The position numbers were made by a program, and so were the translations under genes. The notes beneath the pieces are model-generated. The model saw only the letters and a program-made list of their open reading frames with translations, had not been told where the DNA came from and did no database searches. From positions 1 to 47,370 of the IMG/VR virus record IMGVR_UViG_3300045988_092515: 47,370 bases of DNA. One strand, written 5' to 3'. Below, piece after piece: positions 33,915-40,327 of the stretch. Position 1 is the stretch's first letter. Every line of letters begins with the position of its first letter. This DNA is from a virus.

Positions 33915-34109
33915 ATGCCCAGGTATCGGTACAGCCCCGCTCAGTTGGAGAAAATGCACGGGAACCCTTGGCTCACAGACCGGGAGAGGGCGGCGTTTGA
34001 GTTGCACTATCGGAGAGGTTGGGCGATTGAGGATGTGGCGGCGGAGTTGGACGTCTCGCGGGGGACCGTGAATAATGATTTGGCGTCGATTCGGCGGAAG
34101 AGCCTGTGA
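33915..34109 (+). CDS. Small sigma-70 region-4-like HTH protein
   Basis: LTDRERAAFELHYRRGWAIEDVAAELDVSRGTVNNDLASIRRK. Confidence 0.6.
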   Translation: MPRYRYSPAQLEKMHGNPWLTDRERAAFELHYRRGWAIEDVAAELDVSRGTVNNDLASIRRKSL

Positions 34110-34111
34110 AG

Positions 34112-34138
34112 AAGCCCCTTGGTGTGACCCAGGGGCTT
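34112..34138. terminator. Bidirectional terminator hairpin between convergent genes
   Basis: AAGCCCCT-tggtgtgaccc-AGGGGCTT followed by gcttttatttt. Confidence 0.6.
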
Positions 34139-34142
34139 GCTT

Positions 34143-34925
34143 TTATTTTGGTTCATCTTGATTGTCAATGCGCCTTTGAATCAATCCCCGTACATACTCA
34201 CTGACTGAGATGCCCTGCGCTTTCGCGGTGTTTCTAACATCACGCAACATCTCCGGTGGAACTGTGATAGTGAGCGACTGCATGTGTTTGTTGGACGGTT
34301 TTCGTCCCCTTCCTTTCTTCTCTGGGTGTTTTATTTCATAATTTTCCCTGGATCTTTGTTTATTCAGCATCTTCGAACATTCGTCGGAACACGTTTTTGC
34401 CCGGCGGCTGCGATTTTCTGCTATCTCATTCCCGCAAACAACGCAAATTCTTGGCGGGTCTTGGATTTCGCCTCTTTTGATTAGCTTCATTTTTCGGGCG
34501 GATTCCATTACCTGCACGGAACGGCGCTCCCTGGAACAGCGCGGGCAGAAACGCGCCTTGGATTCCCCTGGGATACTCTCCCCGCACATCTCGCATTTTT
34601 TGAGTGCTTTCACTGTGGATGTTTTGGGGGCTGGTTTATTCATCTTGTAATCTGCGTATTTTGTTGCCATATAACGCCGATCTTTTTCTCTCACGCACTC
34701 ATCCGAACAGGTTGTTGCGTTCGGATGCCTATCCGGTGGGATAGGTCTTCCACAAATCACGCAAAAACGCTGTGGCTCCATCAATTCTATTTCTCTGCGC
34801 CTTTTTATGGCGTCTTCGACGTGGTCAAAGCTCCCAAAATATTTTTTTCGGCGCATTACGATCCACTTTTGGCCCTTCTCGTTCCAGGTGACACCCTTCA
34901 CGCCGGACTTCTTCTTTTCCTCCAT
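34143..34925 (-). CDS. DNA-binding protein with an AP2 domain, three zinc ribbons and a C-terminal ribbon-helix-helix
   Basis: GVKGVTWNEKGQKWIVMRRKKYFGSFDHVEDAIKRR. Three repeats of C-x2-CG...TCSDEC/FCPRC type. C-terminal LTITVPPEMLRDVRNTAKAQGISVSEYVRGLIQRRI. AGGAGG RBS. Confidence 0.65.
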   Translation of the reverse strand: MEEKKKSGVKGVTWNEKGQKWIVMRRKKYFGSFDHVEDAIKRRREIELMEPQRFCVICGRPIPPDRHPNATTCSDECVREKDRRYMATKYADYKMNKPAPKTSTVKALKKCEMCGESIPGESKARFCPRCSRERRSVQVMESARKMKLIKRGEIQDPPRICVVCGNEIAENRSRRAKTCSDECSKMLNKQRSRENYEIKHPEKKGRGRKPSNKHMQSLTITVPPEMLRDVRNTAKAQGISVSEYVRGLIQRRIDNQDEPK

Positions 34926-34987
34926 GGTTCCTCCTGATGAAGTGATGGGGCGGCGTTATGCCGTCCCCCTCTTCATTATGCGGCATT

Positions 34988-35422
34988 TTAGTCCATTGTC
35001 AGAACGATGTTCCAAGCGCGGAATTCCCGCTCCCACGGTTCTCCGTGCCAGAAGCTGGCATCAACGTTTTCGGCCTGCTTTGCTAAGTCGCTTATTTCGG
35101 CGCTTATTTTCTTTTTAATCTCCGTGTGCCGCTCAGCGATTTTGAACTCACTGTAATATTCATTGATGTAGGCGGCTGCGTCTCTGTATGCATTTTCACA
35201 ACGTTCGTTGTACTCCTCTTCCTCTGGCGTCTCCTCAAAATCTTCTCTCCACTCGTTCTCCTCATAGTAGTGATAGCGCTCGCTGTCATACTCTGGGAAA
35301 AACTTTTTTGCCAGATTCTCGATGGTTTGATTCTTGGCGGCAATCTCTGCCTCGCAGGCGATATTGCAGTGATCCCACGCGGTTTTTAGACCGATGTATT
35401 TTTCCTTCAGCCATTCATACAT
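34988..35422 (-). CDS. Hypothetical acidic protein
   Basis: AGGAGG RBS and a 144-aa ORF. It is the first gene downstream of promoter cassette copy 1. Confidence 0.5.
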   Translation of the reverse strand: MYEWLKEKYIGLKTAWDHCNIACEAEIAAKNQTIENLAKKFFPEYDSERYHYYEENEWREDFEETPEEEEYNERCENAYRDAAAYINEYYSEFKIAERHTEIKKKISAEISDLAKQAENVDASFWHGEPWEREFRAWNIVLTMD

Positions 35423-35450
35423 TTTTGATTCCTCCTAATTTTTATTTCTT

Positions 35451-35547
35451 GGGTCTCTCTTAACTGTCCTTATTATACACCAGCTAGGTATAAAATGCAA
35501 TTGACATACTGCACAAATATGCACCTGCTAGGTATATAAAACGACGA
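35451..35547. repeat. Promoter/operator cassette copy 1 (about 97 bp, near-identical to 36638..36735)
   Basis: gggtctctcttaactgtccttattatacaccagctaggtataaaatgcaattgacatactgcacaaatatgcacctgctaggtata... aligns with a few mismatches to the second copy. Confidence 0.85.
35472..35500 (-). promoter_or_regulatory. Sigma-A-type promoter (minus strand), TTGCAT-17-TATAAT
   Basis: The minus strand reads TTGCATtttatacctagctggtgTATAAT, about 45 nt upstream of the 35422 start. Confidence 0.6.
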
Positions 35548-35581
35548 AGCTGGAAAGTACCAGGGGAAACCCGGTGCTTTT

Positions 35582-36094
35582 TTATTCTCCGAAATCTGCT
35601 TGAACCGCACGATCTAGCAACAGACGGACGTATTCCGGGCAGGGTGCTATCCCAAGCTCCCAGTTTTGCCAGGTGCGGTATGGGATTTTGTATCGCGCCG
35701 TAAACTCCTTTTTGTTCAGGCCTGTGGCGGCGCGAATTGCGGCAGGCGAAAGCGCGTCTTGACCGTCTTTCTGGTGCTCCTCCACGGCGTGGACGATCCG
35801 CTGAATCAAATCGTCCCAGGTTTCGCAATTCCCAAACCAGTCCTCGATCTCGCTGGTGATCTCCAGGCTGTTGCCCTTGTAGTCGTTGGCTTGGCGGCTC
35901 TCCTGCTCAAAATACATACGGATGTCGGTTACCACGCCGTCCTCTACATCCGCATAGGCATGATCTAGCATCCGATCCACGCCGTCCTCCAGGGTATGGC
36001 CGGGCATTTTGCCCTGCACGACGATGTGACCACTTCGCAGGGCGGGGCCGTAGGAATTCATGCAGCTGCGGATGCTTTTTTCTAATTTTTTCAT
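35582..36094 (-). CDS. Protein with a C-terminal XRE/MqsA-like HTH
   Basis: IRAATGLNKKEFTARYKIPYRTWQNWELGIAPCPEYVRLLL. GAGGAGG RBS. Confidence 0.55.
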   Translation of the reverse strand: MKKLEKSIRSCMNSYGPALRSGHIVVQGKMPGHTLEDGVDRMLDHAYADVEDGVVTDIRMYFEQESRQANDYKGNSLEITSEIEDWFGNCETWDDLIQRIVHAVEEHQKDGQDALSPAAIRAATGLNKKEFTARYKIPYRTWQNWELGIAPCPEYVRLLLDRAVQADFGE

Positions 36095-36106
36095 GGTGTT
36101 GCCTCC

Positions 36107-36610
36107 TCAATTCATTCCCTTAATCCAGTAGGGGTTAAATTTGAATGTTTTCATTTCGGGGTTGCTAGCCAGTTCAGAAACCAGCCAACTCCACTCTTTG
36201 AAATTAGGCGCTTCTGGATTGTTCAGGCTGTAGCGGTCGCTGTTGTCTAGCCACCAACCGGCGCGGGTTGCGCGGGAGATCAACCAGGCGAGTGCGTTGT
36301 TATTTTTGTTGATGCGGTCCTTGTATTTTTCTACCCGATCAAGCTTGCCCTTGGCGGCAGCTTTGCCAGCTAGTTTCTCGAAATGGGCGTTGTCGCGTTC
36401 AACCCATGCGATGTGGGCGGCGCGGATTTTCTCAGCCCACATAATCTGTTTCTCGCTCCCGGTTAAGGCAGGAAGCTTGTCCATCTTATTTTCCTCCTTT
36501 GCGGCCACCCAAGCCAGATGGAGGCAAAAACCAAAAGAAACACGTCCAACGGGAATGGACTTGTAACGCACCCAAGCGTTCTTCATGATCTCAGACTTGT
36601 TGTACTTCAT
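36107..36610 (-). CDS. Hypothetical protein
   Basis: GGAGGA RBS. LTGSEKQIMWAEKIRAAHIAWV is a motif recurrent in phage and plasmid proteins of unknown role. It is the first gene downstream of promoter cassette copy 2. Confidence 0.5.
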   Translation of the reverse strand: MKYNKSEIMKNAWVRYKSIPVGRVSFGFCLHLAWVAAKEENKMDKLPALTGSEKQIMWAEKIRAAHIAWVERDNAHFEKLAGKAAAKGKLDRVEKYKDRINKNNNALAWLISRATRAGWWLDNSDRYSLNNPEAPNFKEWSWLVSELASNPEMKTFKFNPYWIKGMN

Positions 36611-36637
36611 GGTGTTTTCCTCCGTTTTCTGTTTCGT

Positions 36638-36735
36638 GGGTCCCTCTCTTAACTGTCCTTATTATACACCAGATAGGTATAAAACGCAATTGACATGCTG
36701 TACAAATATACACCTGCTAGGTGTACAACATGACG
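36638..36735. repeat. Promoter/operator cassette copy 2
   Basis: gggtccctctcttaactgtccttattatacaccagataggtataaaacgcaattgacatgctgtacaaatatacacctgctaggtgta... Confidence 0.85.
36661..36689 (-). promoter_or_regulatory. Sigma-A-type promoter (minus strand), TTGCGT-17-TATAAT
   Basis: The minus strand reads TTGCGTtttatacctatctggtgTATAAT. Confidence 0.6.
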
Positions 36736-36742
36736 AAACAAA

Positions 36743-36780
36743 AGCCCCCGCCGGTTTTCTGCAACGTGCCGGTGGGGGCT
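36743..36780 (-). terminator. 12-bp hairpin with a minus-strand T tract, an insulator upstream of promoter copy 2
   Basis: AGCCCCCGCCGG...CCGGTGGGGGCT. The minus strand continues TTTTGTTTC. Confidence 0.5.
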
Positions 36781-36838
36781 ACCTTTTCTCTGGGGGAGAA
36801 TAAGGTATCTATAAAATACCACATTCCCAGTGTCGAAA

Positions 36839-36868
36839 CCCGTCCCATTTTGGGGGCGGGCTTTTTTG
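36839..36868 (+). terminator. Plus-strand intrinsic terminator with no annotated upstream plus-strand gene
   Basis: CCCGTCCC-atttt(g)-GGGGCGGG followed by CTTTTTTGTT. Confidence 0.55.
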
Positions 36869-36876
36869 TTGGGCAG

Positions 36877-36919
36877 AAATTGAGCATAAATTGAGCAGGA
36901 ATTGGGCATCATTTGAACA
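36877..36919 (+). repeat. Four direct repeats spaced exactly 11 bp apart, upstream of the cassette promoter
   Basis: AAATTGAGCA (36877), AAATTGAGCA (36888), GAATTGGGCA (36899), CATTTGAACA (36910). Confidence 0.6.
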
Positions 36920-36936
36920 AGCAAGGGAGTGGGAGA

Positions 36937-36945
36937 TGGTAAAAT
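36937..36945 (+). promoter_or_regulatory. Extended -10 element TGGTAAAAT for the 36971-40143 cassette
   Basis: tggtaaaat lies 25 nt before the ATG at 36971. There is no consensus -35 at 17 bp. Confidence 0.4.
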
Positions 36946-36970
36946 TTATTCAGAACGAGGGGTGATAACT

Positions 36971-37426
36971 ATGGCTGCTTACAGTGTGCCGAACTACAAC
37001 GTCAACTATCAAATGCCAAACCAGATGCAAAACGTGCAGGGCTATCAGCAGAATCAGGTATACCAGCAGGGGCAGAACTACCAGCCCTCTATAATCCAGC
37101 AGAGCAACAGCGGATATATCTGCCGCCCAGTAACAGGCCGGGAGGAAGCGGTTGCCATGCAGGTTGATTTTCTGGGGTCTGGTACGTTGATGCCTGATTT
37201 TCCCCACGGAATCATATATTTTAAGCGATTCAACCCAAACACTGGGGCGGCGGATTTTGCTGAATTCCGTTTAGCGCCGCCACAACCGGAACCAAAACCG
37301 GCGCAAGGCGTAACGATGGACGATTTCAACGCCCTAGCAGATAGGGTTAGAAAACTAGAGAAAATGGAAGGTGGGATAAAAAATGGTGCAGATGAACCCT
37401 ATGATGTTTCTGATGCAGGCCGCTAG
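36971..37426 (+). CDS. Hypothetical protein with a Q/N/Y-rich N-terminus (cassette gene 1)
   Basis: MAAYSVPNYNVNYQMPNQMQNVQGYQQNQVYQQGQNYQPSIIQQSNSG, then ICRPVTGREEAVAMQVDFLGSGTLMPDFPHGIIYFKRFNPNTGAADFAEFRL. Confidence 0.55.
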   Translation: MAAYSVPNYNVNYQMPNQMQNVQGYQQNQVYQQGQNYQPSIIQQSNSGYICRPVTGREEAVAMQVDFLGSGTLMPDFPHGIIYFKRFNPNTGAADFAEFRLAPPQPEPKPAQGVTMDDFNALADRVRKLEKMEGGIKNGADEPYDVSDAGR

Positions 37427-37619
37427 AAGCGGGAATCCAATGGGTATGCTCCAACAGTTGGCGGGCCAGAATCCACAGATTTCTCAGGCCATGCGGATGA
37501 TGCAGGGCAAATCAACCAAGCAGTTGCAGCAGATGGCCCAGAACATGGCGAACGAGCGAGGCGTTAGTCTCAACGATGTGGCCCGGCAGTTAGGAATCAC
37601 GATTCCTAGCAACCGGTAA
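37383..37619 (+). CDS. Small Met/Gln-rich protein (cassette gene 2)
   Basis: 12 Met in 78 aa (MVQMNPMMFLMQAARSGNPMGMLQQLAGQNPQISQAMRMMQGK...). GAAGGTGGG RBS. It overlaps gene 1 by 44 nt. Confidence 0.45.
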   Translation: MVQMNPMMFLMQAARSGNPMGMLQQLAGQNPQISQAMRMMQGKSTKQLQQMAQNMANERGVSLNDVARQLGITIPSNR

Positions 37620-37690
37620 CAAAATATAACCCTTTCAGTTGGCGAATCTTGACAAAAATCGTCAAATCTAACTGAAAGGTGGTTTGTCGA

Positions 37691-38533
37691 ATGGCAGACG
37701 AAATGATGACTGGTTATCTGGCCGGACAGGCTGATAACAACAACTGCAACGGCGGCGGTATGTGGGGCGGTGATGGTTCCTGGATTTTCGCATTCCTGAT
37801 TATCGCCCTGATCTTCGGCGGCAACGGCTTCGGCTGGGGCAACAACGGCGCGAATGGCGGCGCTTTACAGGGGGCTATCACCCGCGCAGACCTGTGCGAA
37901 TCCTTTAACTTCAACGGCCTTGATAACGCCGTTCGTGGTGTGCAGAGCGGCCTCTGCGATGGATTCTATGCTATGAATACCGGGATGCTGAACGGTTTCA
38001 ATGGCATGCAGCAGGTGGTTTCTAATGGCTTCCACGGCGTTGATAATGCTATCTGCGCTATGGGTTACCAGAATGCCCAGCTTATCAACGGCGTAACCCA
38101 GAACATGAACACCGGTTTTACCGGCGTGACGGCTGGCCTCACGGCTCTGGGCAATCAGATGCAGTCCTGCTGCTGTGATACTCAGCGGCAGGTGGAGCGC
38201 GGCTTCTGCGATACCAATTACAACGCTGCAACCAACGCCCGTGATATCATCCAGTCCACCCACAACGACACCGACCGGATCATTGCGCGAATCGACCAGA
38301 TGGAAACCGCACGGCAGGCCGAGAAGATCGCGGCGCTTCAGGCCGAAAACCAGGGCCTGAAATTTGCCGCATCCCAGGCCGCACAGAACACTTACCTGGT
38401 GGCGTCCCAGGCGGACCAGACGGCGAAGATCATCAACGCTATCAACCCGGCACCGATTCCGGCTTACCAGGTTCCAAATCCCTACACTGGTGTAGGGGTC
38501 TCCTGTGGCTGCAATAGCGGCTGCGGTTGCTGA
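37691..38533 (+). CDS. Membrane-anchored Gly/Asn-rich, 12-Cys protein (cassette gene 3)
   Basis: GGGMWGGDGSWIFAFLIIALIFGGNGFGWGNNG (TM), NGF/NG-type repeats, SCCCDT, a coiled coil (IARIDQMETARQAEKIAALQAENQ) and the tail VSCGCNSGCGC. Confidence 0.6.
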   Translation: MADEMMTGYLAGQADNNNCNGGGMWGGDGSWIFAFLIIALIFGGNGFGWGNNGANGGALQGAITRADLCESFNFNGLDNAVRGVQSGLCDGFYAMNTGMLNGFNGMQQVVSNGFHGVDNAICAMGYQNAQLINGVTQNMNTGFTGVTAGLTALGNQMQSCCCDTQRQVERGFCDTNYNAATNARDIIQSTHNDTDRIIARIDQMETARQAEKIAALQAENQGLKFAASQAAQNTYLVASQADQTAKIINAINPAPIPAYQVPNPYTGVGVSCGCNSGCGC

Positions 38534-38566
38534 TTCAACACATTCCGGCTATGCCGTGATACTAAA

Positions 38567-38596
38567 GGCGGCAGGTTTTTCCTGCCGCCTATTTTT
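38567..38596 (+). terminator. Strong intrinsic terminator inside the cassette
   Basis: GGCGGCAGG-ttttt-CCTGCCGCC followed by TATTTTT. Confidence 0.8.
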
Positions 38597-38608
38597 GAGA
38601 GGTGACGC

Positions 38609-38788
38609 ATGGAAAAAGAAATTTTTGATAGAGCAGTTGACATGCTACAGGACGGAAAACGGCAGGAGGCTGTTATCATGCTGCGAGACAACGGATTCCC
38701 TTGTACCTCCGAGGACGGCGGCTTATCCGTTTCACTTATGCTTCTGATGATGGCGTTTTCTGATTGTTTCGATAGGGAAGGGAAATAA
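38609..38788 (+). CDS. Small ORF (59 aa, cassette gene 4), absent from the ORF track
   Basis: GAGAGGTG RBS. Translation is MEKEIFDRAVDMLQDGKRQEAVIMLRDNGFPCTSEDGGLSVSLMLLMMAFSDCFDREGK. Confidence 0.4.
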   Translation: MEKEIFDRAVDMLQDGKRQEAVIMLRDNGFPCTSEDGGLSVSLMLLMMAFSDCFDREGK

Positions 38789-38789
38789 A

Positions 38790-39014
38790 ATGTTAGATTT
38801 CAACGAATTCCAGGAAGCGGTTTGGCGTAGCAAGATGGCTAACGCGGCAAGTAAGCCTTGTGAAGGCTTCGGGTTGGGGCGTTCTTCTGCACCGGATTAC
38901 CAGGATAACAGCAGCGATTTCTTCATGTTCGCGGTAATTATGATAATTTTCGGCGGTGCATGGATGCGTGAAATTTCCGAAAAACTCGATGAACTGAAAG
39001 GGGACAAAAAATAA
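38790..39014 (+). CDS. Small membrane protein (cassette gene 5)
   Basis: TM segment FFMFAVIMIIFGGAWM. It starts 1 nt after the upstream stop. Confidence 0.5.
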   Translation: MLDFNEFQEAVWRSKMANAASKPCEGFGLGRSSAPDYQDNSSDFFMFAVIMIIFGGAWMREISEKLDELKGDKK

Positions 39015-39424
39015 TGGCCTGTAAGACGATTTGCCGCCTGTGCGACAAGTTGGTGATTTCCCAGGCGGTGAACTATTCCGCTGCATCCGGGCTTATCATC
39101 AACATTCCGGCAGGTAGCTACACCAATGGGCAAAAAGCCTGCTTGGTGATCGCACAGAACATCCCGGCGGCGGCTACTATCAATGCACCGGTATTTATCA
39201 CTATCGGCACCGGCACCCAACTGTACCCGCTGAATCGTGCAGACTGCACCCAGGCAACGGCCTGCAACCTGCGAACCAGAACACGGTACAGCACCAGAAT
39301 TTCGACAACGGCCACGGGTGGCGCTTTCAAACTGCTGGGCCGTCCATGTTGTGCACCTAACAACGCCCTGGCTTCCATCGACGGAACGGCCCCGACAACT
39401 AACGAAGGAGGCGGCGCAGGATGA
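39014..39424 (+). CDS. Cys-rich protein (9 Cys, cassette gene 6)
   Basis: MACKTICRLCDKLV...KACLVIAQNIP...ADCTQATACNL...RPCCAPNN. TAATG overlap. Confidence 0.55.
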   Translation: MACKTICRLCDKLVISQAVNYSAASGLIINIPAGSYTNGQKACLVIAQNIPAAATINAPVFITIGTGTQLYPLNRADCTQATACNLRTRTRYSTRISTTATGGAFKLLGRPCCAPNNALASIDGTAPTTNEGGGAG

Positions 39425-40143
39425 GTAAATTTAGCAGAATGATGCTCCTAAACTCTGGTAGCAAAAAGGCTTCCGATGATCGCGAGGAAAACGAACACCG
39501 CGACCAGCAGGAACGTCACCATGACTACAACGTAGACGATCGTTTCCGTGATACCCGTGGCCGTGAACACTACGACAATGGCCGCTACGCACCCCAGGAC
39601 ACTATGCCCTATTACTACCCTTATGGAGGCTACGACGCTAGGGGAGGGCGTGAGCCTGGCTATACGTTGGCTAGAAACGGCGGATACGCGGAACCTGCTA
39701 AAACAACCCGCCCCATTGGGTTCGAGCGCGGTGACGGTCCTTATATGGGCGGCGCAGATGCTACCGTTCCCCGGTACAACGAAATGGAACGTATGCCCGG
39801 AAACCGTGCCATGACCGGCGGTGCAGAATCCAACGTTTCGCCGCGTTTCGACATGCAGATGGCCCAAGAGTGGACGCGCCGGATGCAGAATGAGGATGGC
39901 ACCACCGGCCCACACTGGACGATTGACCAAACCAACAAGGTGATGGAACAGCGCGGGGTAAATGAGGACCCTGTTAAGTTCTGGGCGGCGATGAATATGA
40001 TCTATTCCGATTTCGTCAATGTAGCCAAAAAGCTTGGCATTTCTAACGTAGATTTCTACACTGAAATGACCCGTGCTTTCCTGGATGATAAGGACGTTTC
40101 GGGGGATAAACTGGCAAAATATTATGAATATGTTGTGAAATAA
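39421..40143 (+). CDS. Protein with an Arg/Asp/His/Tyr-rich N-half and a globular C-half (cassette gene 7)
   Basis: DDREENEHRDQQERHHDYNVDDRFRDTRGREHYDNGRYAPQDTMPYYYPYGGYDARGG..., then MAQEWTRRMQNEDGTTGPHWTIDQTNKV...FWAAMNMIYSDF. ATGA overlap. Confidence 0.55.
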   Translation: MSKFSRMMLLNSGSKKASDDREENEHRDQQERHHDYNVDDRFRDTRGREHYDNGRYAPQDTMPYYYPYGGYDARGGREPGYTLARNGGYAEPAKTTRPIGFERGDGPYMGGADATVPRYNEMERMPGNRAMTGGAESNVSPRFDMQMAQEWTRRMQNEDGTTGPHWTIDQTNKVMEQRGVNEDPVKFWAAMNMIYSDFVNVAKKLGISNVDFYTEMTRAFLDDKDVSGDKLAKYYEYVVK

Positions 40144-40200
40144 CGAATAAACAACCGAATCCCCCAGATTTTTCCAAAATCAAAGAAACGGCCAAGGATT

Positions 40201-40218
40201 TTGACTAAAATTTGACTA
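40201..40218. repeat. Arm-type direct repeat copy 1 (TTGACTAAAATTTGACTA)
   Basis: An 18-bp perfect repeat of 40391..40408. Each copy holds two TTGACTA half-sites 11 bp apart. Confidence 0.7.
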
Positions 40219-40280
40219 AAACCTGGGTGTATTTCGGGGCATCTCAAGGGCCTTCAAAGTACCACCAAAAACAGCAAAAA

Positions 40281-40327
40281 ACCGTTGAGAATCAAAGGAA
40301 ATCCTTGAAACTCAACGGTTTTCTGTT
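40281..40327 (+). terminator. Hairpin plus T tract downstream of the cassette
   Basis: ACCGTTGAG-21 nt-CTCAACGGT followed by TTTCTGTTT and preceded by an A tract. Confidence 0.5.
40284..40298. repeat. Core-flanking direct repeat copy 1 (GTTGAGAATCAAAGG)
   Basis: 14 of 15 positions match 40364..40378. AAATCAAAG also occurs at 40177. Confidence 0.6.

Noticed and set aside
33135-34007. 290-aa minus-strand ORF
   Set aside because: It lies antisense to the amidase endolysin, which has clear catalytic motifs.
36585-36924. ORFs 36585-36803 (+) and 36649-36924 (-)
   Set aside because: They run through the duplicated promoter cassette and two terminator hairpins, and they lack an RBS.
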